DNA of 64,000 nucleotides, from the sequence record PV037725.1. One strand, given 5' to 3'. The notes under the pieces were generated by a model. The model saw only the letters and a program-made list of their open reading frames with translations, was not told where the DNA came from and searched no databases. Numbering within the stretch: position 1 is the stretch's first letter; every line of letters begins with the position of its first letter. The translations under genes were made by a program, and so were the position numbers. Below, in pieces: positions 28,819 to 38,063 of the stretch.

Positions 28819-30063
28819 ATGTCTTATCTGAATCTGAATGAAACTGGTACTCCAATCAAAGCTTGGGTTAAAGGTGTTCCTGTAGAACCCGAAGCTGTAA
28901 AGCAACTCAAGAACATTGCGGGGTTGCCTTTCATTTATAGCCACATTGCAGTAATGCCTGACGTTCACGTCGGTAAGGGTGCAACCATTGGTTCTGTAAT
29001 CGCTACACAGGGCGCTATCATCCCCGCTGCGGTGGGTGTTGACTTGGGTTGCGGAATGGCCGCTCAACTCACTAACTTCGTCGCTAGCGATCTCCCAGAC
29101 GACCTCTCGGGTCTGCGTAGCCTAATCGAGGCAGCAGTTCCACATGGCCGTACTAACAATGGTGCTCCTGGTGACCGTGGCGCTTGGGGTAACTTCGAAG
29201 ATGCGGTATATAAGAAGCTTGACCCCGCTTTGCAAGAAGAAGTGAAGTCCATCAAGGAACGGTTTAAGCGTTTGGTTGACCGTTACCCTAAATTGAAGCG
29301 TGCTGTTAACGGCGCATTCAACCATGCTGGTACTTTGGGCACTGGTAACCACTTCGTTGAAATCTGTCTTGACGAATATGATCGTGTATGGATCATGTTG
29401 CACTCGGGTTCTCGCGGTGTAGGTAATGCCATCGGTCAGACCTTTATTAACCTGGCTAAAGAAGAAGCTGTGCGTCAAGGTCTGGATCTCCCAGATATGG
29501 ATCTGGCTCACCTGGAACGTTACACTGGCTTCTATGATGACTATTGCTTCGGTGTAAGCACTGCACAAGACTTTGCTCGTCTGAACCGCACCATCATGAT
29601 GCGTAACACCATTGAAGCTTTTGCTAAGTTCATGGGTCGTCCATTGACTACTTCGCTCTCTGCTGTTAACTGTCACCACAACTACGTTTCGTTTGAAACC
29701 CACCTAGGTGAGGATGTCATCGTTACACGTAAAGGTGCAGTATCTGCTGCTGAAGGTCAAATGGGTATCATCCCTGGCTCAATGGGGGCTAAGTCTTTTA
29801 TCGTTCGTGGTAAGGGTAATCCTGATTCGTTCTGCTCGTGTTCCCATGGTGCTGGTCGAGTGATGTCACGTACGGCGGCTAAGAAAGTCTTTACGTTGGC
29901 TGACCACATTCGTGACACTGCTGGTGTCGAATGCCGTAAAGATGAATCCGTACTGGATGAAACCCCTAAGGCTTATAAGAACATCGATGACGTCATGGCT
30001 GCTCAAGCTGACCTAGTCGAGATTGTTCACACTCTCCGTCAAATCGTTTGCGTTAAGGGGTAA
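28819..30063 (+). CDS. rtcB: RtcB RNA ligase (3'-phosphate/5'-OH)
   Basis: MPDVH, GVDLGCG, GTLGTGNHF, HSGSRG, HHNY, RKGA, PGSMG, SHGAGR, DETPKAYK. Confidence 0.97.
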   Translation: MSYLNLNETGTPIKAWVKGVPVEPEAVKQLKNIAGLPFIYSHIAVMPDVHVGKGATIGSVIATQGAIIPAAVGVDLGCGMAAQLTNFVASDLPDDLSGLRSLIEAAVPHGRTNNGAPGDRGAWGNFEDAVYKKLDPALQEEVKSIKERFKRLVDRYPKLKRAVNGAFNHAGTLGTGNHFVEICLDEYDRVWIMLHSGSRGVGNAIGQTFINLAKEEAVRQGLDLPDMDLAHLERYTGFYDDYCFGVSTAQDFARLNRTIMMRNTIEAFAKFMGRPLTTSLSAVNCHHNYVSFETHLGEDVIVTRKGAVSAAEGQMGIIPGSMGAKSFIVRGKGNPDSFCSCSHGAGRVMSRTAAKKVFTLADHIRDTAGVECRKDESVLDETPKAYKNIDDVMAAQADLVEIVHTLRQIVCVKG

Positions 30064-30065
30064 TT

Positions 30066-30266
30066 ATGAAAGCTTGGTTTCGAGTAAACATTCTGGGTCC
30101 GTGGCTGCGTAAGCGCCGTATGGCCCTAGCTCAAGAGATCCTTGAAGAGATCGAAATGTATCAATGGGCTTATGGTAATCGGGTGCCAGACAAATTCTCA
30201 GAGTTCTGCACTAACAAAATTAAAGAACTCAAATCCGAATTGAAAGACGTTTTGTCTAAGGGGTAA
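30066..30266 (+). CDS. hypothetical protein
   Basis: tiled ORF. Confidence 0.65.
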   Translation: MKAWFRVNILGPWLRKRRMALAQEILEEIEMYQWAYGNRVPDKFSEFCTNKIKELKSELKDVLSKG

Positions 30267-30267
30267 T

Positions 30268-30678
30268 ATGCAATACGTAATTGATTTGACCGGCAAAGAA
30301 CGGGGTTATAAAGAAGCTCTTGCGGCATACTTTAAAAAGGTTGAGCTGACGGGAATCTACTTTGAATTTGGTTATCCACCTTTCGGGAATCTAAAAACTG
30401 AGGAGGAGAAACTGGGTCGCATTTCAAGGGTAGAGCACTCGAGAGTCTGCGCACGGGCTTCCAAGTTTTTGATCTTTGACGATAAAGCGATAATTGACGT
30501 AGAACCATTTGGTCCGTATGCGCCATATGTAGCCGATCTAGATCTGTATGCCCCAGCTACACGTGCTCTTACTAGTTATACGCCGGGTGTAACGAAATCT
30601 ACCTTTGTAACCCAGATCCTTTCGATGGATCTTATTCCTAAGTTGGATCACATAGACTATCAACCGAGTGTAAGCTAA
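30268..30678 (+). CDS. hypothetical protein
   Basis: tiled ORF. Confidence 0.7.
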   Translation: MQYVIDLTGKERGYKEALAAYFKKVELTGIYFEFGYPPFGNLKTEEEKLGRISRVEHSRVCARASKFLIFDDKAIIDVEPFGPYAPYVADLDLYAPATRALTSYTPGVTKSTFVTQILSMDLIPKLDHIDYQPSVS

Positions 30679-30872
30679 TGGAATACCATATCGGCATTTG
30701 GCTGTTCTTTATTGTCACCAGTCTGACTCTTTGGTTAGTGCAAAGCTATAGTACCCAAAGGAATACATTTTACTTGGTATTGTACGTTAGCTGGATTATC
30801 AGTCTCTACGGTATTGCGTTTAGTATCTTTGCAGGTATCGTAAAACTGTTCCTAAAACTTATCGGTATTTAA
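30678..30872 (+). CDS. small membrane protein
   Basis: two hydrophobic helices. Confidence 0.65.
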   Translation: MEYHIGIWLFFIVTSLTLWLVQSYSTQRNTFYLVLYVSWIISLYGIAFSIFAGIVKLFLKLIGI

Positions 30873-31220
30873 ATGATCTCAGAAACAGCGGTCGAACTTT
30901 GGCGAATAGCTAATGGTTATCTAACTAATGCTGCTATTAATACAGGTGGCTGCGAGAGATTTGCCAAGGCTATGTTACACTATTTCCCAACAGGTGAATT
31001 AGTTTGGACTGAAGACTATGTCTGTTGGGATCATTGCGAACCATGGCCTGGTGGCCACTGTTGGATTCTCTATGAAGGTAAACACTACGATAGCTGTGCC
31101 TTAGATGGTGTAGCTAACTGGTTCGATCTACCATACTTCAAAGAATCCGTTAACCCTACAACCATTGAAAAATGTAATCAGTGCTCGGGTGAGCATTCAT
31201 ACGTCAAGGTATCTAAATGA
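30873..31220 (+). CDS. papain-like Cys-His-Asp protein, paralog of 62014
   Basis: N.GGC..FA, GHCW, HYDS..L.GVA.W.DLPYF. Confidence 0.65.
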   Translation: MISETAVELWRIANGYLTNAAINTGGCERFAKAMLHYFPTGELVWTEDYVCWDHCEPWPGGHCWILYEGKHYDSCALDGVANWFDLPYFKESVNPTTIEKCNQCSGEHSYVKVSK

Positions 31221-31606
31221 ATAAAGTAATTGCAATCGCGCTGGCTTTGATGGTTCCTACAGCTTATGCTGGTGAAAGTGTAACGGCGTTGGTAGAACAA
31301 GCTAACTGCGTTCAAGTCGGTTCTAACGAATCGGTTGTGGGTGGTGTAATTGGTGGTGCTGCTGGTGGTATCGGTGGCGCATTGGTTGGTAGCCTGTTTG
31401 GTAAGACGGGTAAGAAACTGGGGGCTATCGCTGGTGGTATCGGTGGTGCTGCTTACGGCGCTTCTGGCGATAAGATCTACAATTGCAATATCCTGACTAA
31501 GGTTGGTGGTGAAGCAGTTATGGTCAGCAAACAATCCAGTCAAGTAATCGTTCCAGGTAACTCGGTTACTCTGGTTAAGAACGGTACCCAGTGGCAAGCT
31601 ATCTAA
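31217..31606 (+). CDS. glycine-zipper exported protein
   Basis: signal peptide; GGVIGGAAGGIGGA and GAIAGGIGGAAYG. Confidence 0.8.
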   Translation: MNKVIAIALALMVPTAYAGESVTALVEQANCVQVGSNESVVGGVIGGAAGGIGGALVGSLFGKTGKKLGAIAGGIGGAAYGASGDKIYNCNILTKVGGEAVMVSKQSSQVIVPGNSVTLVKNGTQWQAI

Positions 31607-31618
31607 CAGAGGTTTAAC

Positions 31619-32476
31619 ATGATCGAGTTTAGTACGTACAAAGGTTGGTCACTTGTAGAGGGTACCGTCTTTAAAGATGGTTGCCCCAATCCACGCTTGA
31701 CTAAATACCAAATCTGTCAAGTAGAAGAACAAGTCACCGTTACATTGAAGGCACACATCCCAGACATGACTGAGATGTTTAGTCTGATCCTTACCGTTGA
31801 TGCTGTTCGACGTATTCGACCAGATGCCAAGATTAAGCTGATCCTTCCATATCTACCATACGCTCGACAAGACCGTGTGTGTAATCGTGGTGAGGCAAAC
31901 GGTATAGCCGCCTTTGCGCGAGTATTGAATAGCTTAGATTTCGCCAGTGTCGAACTACTGGACCCGCACAGTGATGTTGCCGTTGGTGTCATTGATCGTA
32001 GCATTACTACCAATATGGCTGAGTTCATGAACCGCCAGACCAGAATGGGTTGGATGGACTTCGGCAATACTTGGCTGGTGGCACCTGATGCTGGTGCAGT
32101 AAAACGTGTAAAGGAACTCGTTAAAGAACTTGGTGCGGCGGGTATGATTACCGCGACTAAGGAACGGGATACGGAAACTCGTGAACTCACTAAGACCAAA
32201 CTGGACGAAGACACCACCGGACGTAATATTCTGGTTGTGGACGATCTGTGTGATGGAGGTCGTACGTTCATCGCCTTGGCTAAAGCAATCCGTGAACATG
32301 GTGAACCCGAAACACTTCGATTGTGGGTAACTCACGGTATCTTCAGTTATGGTACTGAGGTGGTGACTGAACACTTTGATGGCGTTTACACCACTAACAG
32401 CTTCCAACATGAAGCGATCGGGCATACCGATGGTCAGGGCAACCACGATCAGAAGATGCACTGGTTCCAAGTTTAA
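31619..32476 (+). CDS. prs: ribose-phosphate pyrophosphokinase-like enzyme (NARP1 Adps candidate)
   Basis: PYLPYARQDR, DPHS, APDAGA, KERD, VVDDLCDGGRTF, THGIFS. Confidence 0.9.
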   Translation: MIEFSTYKGWSLVEGTVFKDGCPNPRLTKYQICQVEEQVTVTLKAHIPDMTEMFSLILTVDAVRRIRPDAKIKLILPYLPYARQDRVCNRGEANGIAAFARVLNSLDFASVELLDPHSDVAVGVIDRSITTNMAEFMNRQTRMGWMDFGNTWLVAPDAGAVKRVKELVKELGAAGMITATKERDTETRELTKTKLDEDTTGRNILVVDDLCDGGRTFIALAKAIREHGEPETLRLWVTHGIFSYGTEVVTEHFDGVYTTNSFQHEAIGHTDGQGNHDQKMHWFQV

Positions 32477-32505
32477 TTCATTCAATCTAAATAGAGGTTT
32501 CAAGT

Positions 32506-34230
32506 ATGTCGACTAATTTCCAACTGTTTGGCCCTACCACTGCTGATGTCTACAAAATGGGTCACGGCCCACTGTATCCACGTGGTACTAACTTCGCTTA
32601 CGGTAACGGTACCCCACGTGCTGATCGTTTGTTTATCGGTTCGAAATCCCAATCGCAGTTCTGGGATCACAAAGTAGTTTGGTTTGGTATCCAAGCAGTA
32701 ATGCGTGAAGTTGCTGGTATCTGGGATACTAGCTTCTTTAAGCGTGACAAGGCTACTGTGATCCGTCGTTACAAACGCCGCATGGACACCTGCATTGGTC
32801 CAGGCATGGTTGACATCGATGCCATGGCTGCACTGCACGATCTGGGTTACCTGCCAGTGACAGTACTGAGCATTCCAGAAGGTGCTCGCCTGAACATGAA
32901 CGTTCCGGGTTATGTTATCTACAACACCAAGCCCGAGTTCTACTGGGTTGTCAACTACCTCGAAACCATCATGTCTTCGTTGATCTGGGCCATGATCACC
33001 AACACTACGATTGCTTATGAGTATCGTCGTGTGTTGGAACACTTCGCACATCTGACTGGTTCGCCAATTGAAGGTGTTGACTTCCAAGGTCACGACTTTG
33101 CACTGCGTGGGATCAACAACCCAACGGCTGCCGCATTCTCGAACTCTGGTCACTTGGTATTCTTCAAAGGTACTGACACTCTGCCAGCGATTGACTTCGT
33201 TGAAGACATGTACTTTGCTGATGCTGAGAAAGAGTTCCTTGCAGCTTCCGTAGTTGCAACTGAACACGCCGTAGCTACCTCCAACATTCTGTATCGTCTG
33301 GCTCTGAAGATCAAAGCTCTGGGTAAAACCGAAGCTGAGATTCCTAAGGAAGAACTCGATGCACTGAAGCTGGAAGCAGAACGTGAGTTCATTATTGAAG
33401 CCATTACTGAGAAAGTACCAACCGGTATCATCTCTCTGGTTTCCGATAGCTTTGACTTCTGGGGTGTGTTGACCCGTGTGTTCCCTTCTATTAAGGAAGA
33501 GATCCTGAGTCGTAAGCCTGATGCTAACGGTTTGGCTAAAGTCGTAGTTCGTCCAGACTCGGGTGATCCGGTTGAAGTGATCTGTGGTCGTGAAATCCTC
33601 ACCTACAAAGAATGGCAGACTGGTTCCAAAGTAAATGGTCAACTGGTTTACCATTATGACCAAGTTTGTAAAGTGACCCTAGAACGAGAAGGTTATGACT
33701 TCACCCCGTATGTACTTAGTGCCGAAGAGAAGGGTGCTGTTGAAGTACTGTGGGAAACCTTCGGTGGTACTGTGAACGAGAAGGGCTTCAAAGTCCTGCA
33801 CGAACGTATTGGCCTGATCTATGGTGACTCCATCACCGTAGCCCGTACCGAAGAGATCATGCGCCGCCTGATGAAGAAAGGTTTCGCATCCTCTAACTGG
33901 GTACTGGGTATCGGTTCTTACACCTATCAGCACAACACTCGTGATACCTTTGGCTTTGCGGTTAAAGCAACCGCCATTCAGGTAGACGATCTGTTTGTTG
34001 AACTGTTTAAGGCACCGAAGACTGAAGGTGAAACCAACAAGAAATCTGCTAAGGGTTTCCTGAAGGTGGTTCGTGATGAGGCTGGTAACTACGTCCTCGA
34101 GCAAAACCAAACGTTCGGTATTGATGAGATTGATACTTCGTCGGGTGAACTGAAAGTCGTCTTCAAAGACGGTAAGTTCCCTAACCCAGTGACTTTCTCT
34201 GAAGTCCGCGCACGCGCCGCATTGGCATAA
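32506..34230 (+). CDS. nadV: nicotinamide phosphoribosyltransferase-like enzyme (NARP1 Namat candidate)
   Basis: D.YK.GH, HDFALRG, ATEHAV, SLVSDSFD, VVRPDSGDP, LIYGDSIT, GIGSYTYQ, KKSAKG. Confidence 0.93.
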   Translation: MSTNFQLFGPTTADVYKMGHGPLYPRGTNFAYGNGTPRADRLFIGSKSQSQFWDHKVVWFGIQAVMREVAGIWDTSFFKRDKATVIRRYKRRMDTCIGPGMVDIDAMAALHDLGYLPVTVLSIPEGARLNMNVPGYVIYNTKPEFYWVVNYLETIMSSLIWAMITNTTIAYEYRRVLEHFAHLTGSPIEGVDFQGHDFALRGINNPTAAAFSNSGHLVFFKGTDTLPAIDFVEDMYFADAEKEFLAASVVATEHAVATSNILYRLALKIKALGKTEAEIPKEELDALKLEAEREFIIEAITEKVPTGIISLVSDSFDFWGVLTRVFPSIKEEILSRKPDANGLAKVVVRPDSGDPVEVICGREILTYKEWQTGSKVNGQLVYHYDQVCKVTLEREGYDFTPYVLSAEEKGAVEVLWETFGGTVNEKGFKVLHERIGLIYGDSITVARTEEIMRRLMKKGFASSNWVLGIGSYTYQHNTRDTFGFAVKATAIQVDDLFVELFKAPKTEGETNKKSAKGFLKVVRDEAGNYVLEQNQTFGIDEIDTSSGELKVVFKDGKFPNPVTFSEVRARAALA

Positions 34231-34239
34231 CGACATATC

Positions 34240-34280
34240 GCTCCTACCTTCGGGTAGGAGCTTTATTCAATTCTTTTTTG
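34240..34280 (+). terminator. intrinsic terminator
   Basis: GCTCCTACC-TTCG-GGTAGGAGC-TTTATT. Confidence 0.9.
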
Positions 34281-34287
34281 GTGACCT

Positions 34288-34485
34288 ATGTCTATTTGGT
34301 ATATGTTAATTCCGACGGCGTTCCTATTTGGTGAGTTTGGTTTCTGTGAACTATGGCTCAGATCCCGTAAACCGGTATACAACAATCCAGTGATTTTCAA
34401 AGATGACGGCAACTTCTGGTTATTTTGGATGCAGTGGGTTTGTATGATTGGATTTGGTGCAAGTCTGCTATGGGTGGGGCATTAG
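34288..34485 (+). CDS. small membrane protein
   Basis: two hydrophobic helices. Confidence 0.6.
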   Translation: MSIWYMLIPTAFLFGEFGFCELWLRSRKPVYNNPVIFKDDGNFWLFWMQWVCMIGFGASLLWVGH

Positions 34486-34518
34486 ATTTTATTTCAGATT
34501 TATATCATGGTTGGGTAT
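34481..34518 (+). promoter_or_regulatory. early promoter
   Basis: ATTAGAT-N4-TTT-CAGATT-TATATCAT-N4-GGGTAT; 19 nt identical to the 46742 copy. Confidence 0.75.
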
Positions 34519-34551
34519 TAACCCATTCAATTCACCTAAGAGGCTAAATCC

Positions 34552-35499
34552 ATGAGTATCCAACGTCTGACTTTTGAAGGCATTCTGAACTACCTCTCGA
34601 CTAAGAAAGGTACTGTATGGAACATGGTTTTCCAAGCATCCCAATTGGAGCTGGAAGACTTCAATGATTCCATCACATACGGTAACATCACACTAAACCT
34701 CAGCCCGAATGCTACTCGTGATATGAAGTGCTATGATGATCACGTGTATTTCAAAATGCGTAAGCATGGTATCGTGCACGAGATTATGGCACCGTATACT
34801 GCACTGATGATCATCCAAGATCCTGATGATCCATCTCAGTCGATGGCGTGGCCATATTTCTTGGACCATGGCGACGACTACATTCCGGACGAACCAGACC
34901 GTAAGTCTAACGTTTTCCATCTACCCAATTCGGGCATTAAGGTTGAGCTGCGCGTACCAACGCTGGCAGATTACAATAACCTGAAGCTGGATAACGTTAT
35001 CCACTTCCCAGGCGGCAGTGCTCACGTCGGAGAAGAAATCCAAATGGACAAACCGCTTACCTTGGGTGAGCTGATCAAAGCTAACCAACAGGCAGCTTTT
35101 GCTAAACAGTTTCCAGATCTGGTTGGCAATGACGGTAATATTGATCCGGGTAAGGTATACGAGAAGTCCCAGTCAATGCGCGAACCTACATTGTTGGAGC
35201 GTATTGAACTGCGTGGTTGGACTGTCATCGAAGGCGGAGGTCATAAGCCTGAAGCCAGTATGCCATTCATCGATGAGGTGTACCGTGCTAAACGTGCCAA
35301 GCGTGAATCCGATGCTACCTTGGCGAAGATCACGATGAACGCTGAAGTCAAGCTGGGTGGTTTTGAAATCCGTTCAGATGGCTCCAATGGCAATTCGGTT
35401 TACTTCCCCGACCTGGATGTATCTAAGTGCCACTTCCCAGTTCGCCGTATTAACCGCCCTACATGGGTATCTGTAATAGAAGGTGGTAAACGTGACTAA
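34552..35499 (+). CDS. sspB: SspB (ClpXP adaptor) homolog with long C-terminal extension
   Basis: ITLNLSPNATRDM..YDDHVYF...GIVHEI.APY.AL aligns by eye with the SspB core IVLNIAPRAV.NL....DEVRF...G.P..V.VP..AV. Confidence 0.8.
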   Translation: MSIQRLTFEGILNYLSTKKGTVWNMVFQASQLELEDFNDSITYGNITLNLSPNATRDMKCYDDHVYFKMRKHGIVHEIMAPYTALMIIQDPDDPSQSMAWPYFLDHGDDYIPDEPDRKSNVFHLPNSGIKVELRVPTLADYNNLKLDNVIHFPGGSAHVGEEIQMDKPLTLGELIKANQQAAFAKQFPDLVGNDGNIDPGKVYEKSQSMREPTLLERIELRGWTVIEGGGHKPEASMPFIDEVYRAKRAKRESDATLAKITMNAEVKLGGFEIRSDGSNGNSVYFPDLDVSKCHFPVRRINRPTWVSVIEGGKRD

Positions 35500-35905
35500 A
35501 CCTGCACCTGTCAACATCGGTCGAAACATCGCTATCCGTTTAATGATCGAGAAAGCGTTTGATGTGTTGGAGATGATTAAAGATCCACTGGAACTCTGGT
35601 GTGTCGCAGAACTGGCGCCGGAGGTACGTAGCTCCCTCCCACCCAGTGACGAAAAGTTGATGTCGATTGAACTCGGACCATTGACGCGTAATACCCGTAT
35701 TGAACTGTATCCAGATCACTTGAAGGTAGCACTAAGCGCTGATACACCCAAAGTAAAATTACCATACGTTGCTATCTATTGCATGGTGACTTCAGGTGAC
35801 TTGGCAAAGGATCTTAACTGGTTGCGTGGTGACACTGAAGGTCGTGATGTTGCATACGTCAACTTGGTAGAAGGTTTCCACGGGATTCCTAAACACGCCA
35901 AGTGA
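35492..35905 (+). CDS. divergent SspB-like paralog lacking a tail
   Basis: MSIELGP...IELYPDHLKV......V.LPYVAI; GTG start coupled to upstream stop. Confidence 0.55.
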   Translation: MTKPAPVNIGRNIAIRLMIEKAFDVLEMIKDPLELWCVAELAPEVRSSLPPSDEKLMSIELGPLTRNTRIELYPDHLKVALSADTPKVKLPYVAIYCMVTSGDLAKDLNWLRGDTEGRDVAYVNLVEGFHGIPKHAK

Positions 35906-35912
35906 CGCTATA

Positions 35913-35944
35913 GGGGATTACAGTAGTAGTCCCTTTTCTTTTTT
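35913..35944 (+). terminator. intrinsic terminator
   Basis: GGGATTAC-AGTA-GTAGTCCC-TTTTCTTTTT. Confidence 0.8.
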
Positions 35945-35958
35945 GACAGAGGTTTAAA

Positions 35959-36297
35959 ATGTCCGAAACATCTTTGTATGGTAAAATCACATCTCACGTT
36001 GGTGGTCCATGGGTTCTACATTTGGTCGATGATCAACTGAATGGTAATGTTTCTATCCGTGAGATCAATGCCTTTCTAGCTGAACTGAGTCCAGAGGAGG
36101 CTACAACCTTCTGGAATCAGTATCCTAACCTTGGTGAACAACTGGCCGTAATCCAGCGCGTAGTGATTATCAACAACGCTGACTTCACTGATGCAAAAAC
36201 TACATTGACCGTCAGTGCAAAAGAATATGCCTTCGGTGAAGAATGTTTGCATCGTATCCACCGTTTGGTCTTCAATAAAGAATACGAGGGCGAATAA
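35959..36297 (+). CDS. hypothetical protein
   Basis: GAGG RBS; coupled to thyA. Confidence 0.75.
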   Translation: MSETSLYGKITSHVGGPWVLHLVDDQLNGNVSIREINAFLAELSPEEATTFWNQYPNLGEQLAVIQRVVIINNADFTDAKTTLTVSAKEYAFGEECLHRIHRLVFNKEYEGE

Positions 36298-37679
36298 TGC
36301 ATCAGTATCTACATACCGTCGATATCGTTAAGCGCTTTGGTGTACACAAAGGTGACCGTACTGGCACTGGTACCCAGAGTCGGTTTGGTCATCAGGCACG
36401 TTACAGCCTGCGCAATAACCAACTCCCAGTAGTGACCACCAAGAAGGTTCACCTAGCATCTGTAATCCATGAGCTGTTCTGGATGCTGTCGGGTTCTACA
36501 CGTGTAGATTACCTTATCGAGAACGGCGTACGGATCTGGAACGAATGGGTTAAACCCGAGACTGCGGTGTATCGGCAGCTTACTCTGGATGAACAAACCT
36601 TAGCTGTAAAGAAAAAGATTGGTGGTGGATATGTATTTAACCATCACAATAACCCAGCGCAACGCGGTGCCCAGATTGTTCCTATTAACGAACATCTGAA
36701 AACACTCACCCCTGATGAGGTAGTTAACTTTAAGTCTAACTGCTTGATCGTTAACGCCGATACCCAATATGTGGTATATGCCAACGTTCTCGACTGGGGT
36801 AAGGTTTGGAGTAAATATAACTCTAACGGTAATGACTTTGATGACTCCGTCATTTATACCCTTTATGAACTGTTGATCGGTGAAGCCACCAAGTTGGTAG
36901 GAGGTGATCTGGGAGCCGTCTATGGTAAGACATGGCGTGATCTTGAGGACACTCGAGTAATCCGTAAACAAGAGTGGGCTGACTACGAGAAGCGTAAGTT
37001 TGATTTCGTGGTTGACATCCCTGGCAGCAGCATGGAAACCGATCGTTGCGTAGTAACTCGACGCATTGACCAGATCCAAGACATCATCGATCAACTCAAG
37101 AACAATCCTGACTCCCGTCGGATAATTGTTTGCGCTTGGGCTCCACAATTGGTTGATGAACAAGCTCTCCCACCATGCCATAGCTTCTTCCAGTTCTGGA
37201 CTCGTGAACTGGCACGCCAAGAACGCGAAGATTGGCTGGAGTCAAATCGACCTGAAGATTACGAACTTTATCTTAGTGGTCTAGCATGGACTGAGTACTC
37301 GGAAAAAGATCGAATTGAATCGCTTGACGAACAGAATGTTCCACGACGTACCATCAGTTGCCAGCTCTACCAGCGTTCAACTGATACATTCCTCGGTTTG
37401 CCATTCAACATCATGTTCTACAGTTTGCTGACTCACATGTTGGCTAATCAACTGAACATGGTTGCAGATGAGTTTATCTGGACTGGTGGCGATACCCACG
37501 TTTACAGTAACCACCAAGAGCAGACTACTCTTCAATTGACCCGTGAGCCAAAGGTACTCCCTACTATCCGCTTCGCACCAGAAGCCAAAGGTAAGGATAT
37601 CCGTGATATTGGTATCACAGACTTCACTATTGAAGACTACGAGTACCATCCACATATCGCGGGTAAGGTAGCCGTATGA
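36297..37679 (+). CDS. thyA: thymidylate synthase with two large insertions
   Basis: DRTGTGT, TTKKV, IWNEW, GDLG.VYG, PDSRR, ALPPCH, YQRS.D.FLGLPFN, GGDTHVYSNH. Confidence 0.97.
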   Translation: MHQYLHTVDIVKRFGVHKGDRTGTGTQSRFGHQARYSLRNNQLPVVTTKKVHLASVIHELFWMLSGSTRVDYLIENGVRIWNEWVKPETAVYRQLTLDEQTLAVKKKIGGGYVFNHHNNPAQRGAQIVPINEHLKTLTPDEVVNFKSNCLIVNADTQYVVYANVLDWGKVWSKYNSNGNDFDDSVIYTLYELLIGEATKLVGGDLGAVYGKTWRDLEDTRVIRKQEWADYEKRKFDFVVDIPGSSMETDRCVVTRRIDQIQDIIDQLKNNPDSRRIIVCAWAPQLVDEQALPPCHSFFQFWTRELARQEREDWLESNRPEDYELYLSGLAWTEYSEKDRIESLDEQNVPRRTISCQLYQRSTDTFLGLPFNIMFYSLLTHMLANQLNMVADEFIWTGGDTHVYSNHQEQTTLQLTREPKVLPTIRFAPEAKGKDIRDIGITDFTIEDYEYHPHIAGKVAV

Positions 37680-38026
37680 CCAGAGTACTCACTTTGGATG
37701 AACGTGTTAAATGGTTAGTTCAACGCGATCTCAATGAAGAGAATGCAAATCTTGAAAAGGGTATTGTGACACGTGTCATGGTAACATACGGTACAGTGGA
37801 AAGCTTTAAAAGTACCTTGGCTATATGGCATCCAAATGTCGATATGACGGATGACTGGGTGCATAATCGTCTTGATCAAGCCGGGGTACCTCGAGACCAA
37901 TTGGGTGCTAGGTTAGCACAGCTTGAGGCCAACGATCCAGAGTTGTATATTCAACTACAGAACTATCGCTGTGTTTCGGACGGCGATATTGAACAGTGGT
38001 TGGATGACAACAACGTTCCAAAATAA
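37676..38026 (+). CDS. stand-alone protein resembling the second ThyA insertion
   Basis: TRVLTLDER...LD..GVPR...LEANDPELY...LDDNNVPK versus ThyA TRELARQER...LESNRPEDY...LDEQNVPR. Confidence 0.7.
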   Translation: MTRVLTLDERVKWLVQRDLNEENANLEKGIVTRVMVTYGTVESFKSTLAIWHPNVDMTDDWVHNRLDQAGVPRDQLGARLAQLEANDPELYIQLQNYRCVSDGDIEQWLDDNNVPK

Positions 38027-38028
38027 AT

Positions 38029-38055
38029 AGGGGTTCCTTCGGGAACCCTTTTATG
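38029..38055 (+). terminator. intrinsic terminator
   Basis: GGGTTCC-TTCG-GGAACCC-TTTTATG. Confidence 0.85.
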
Positions 38056-38063
38056 GAGTAGTT

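Noticed and set aside
31330-31470. GGTGGT tandem repeat
   Set aside because: Explained by glycine-zipper codons
36549-36900. ThyA insertion as an intein or group I intron
   Set aside because: In frame, with no Cys/Ser start, His-Asn end or LAGLIDADG motif, and no stop-containing intron sequence
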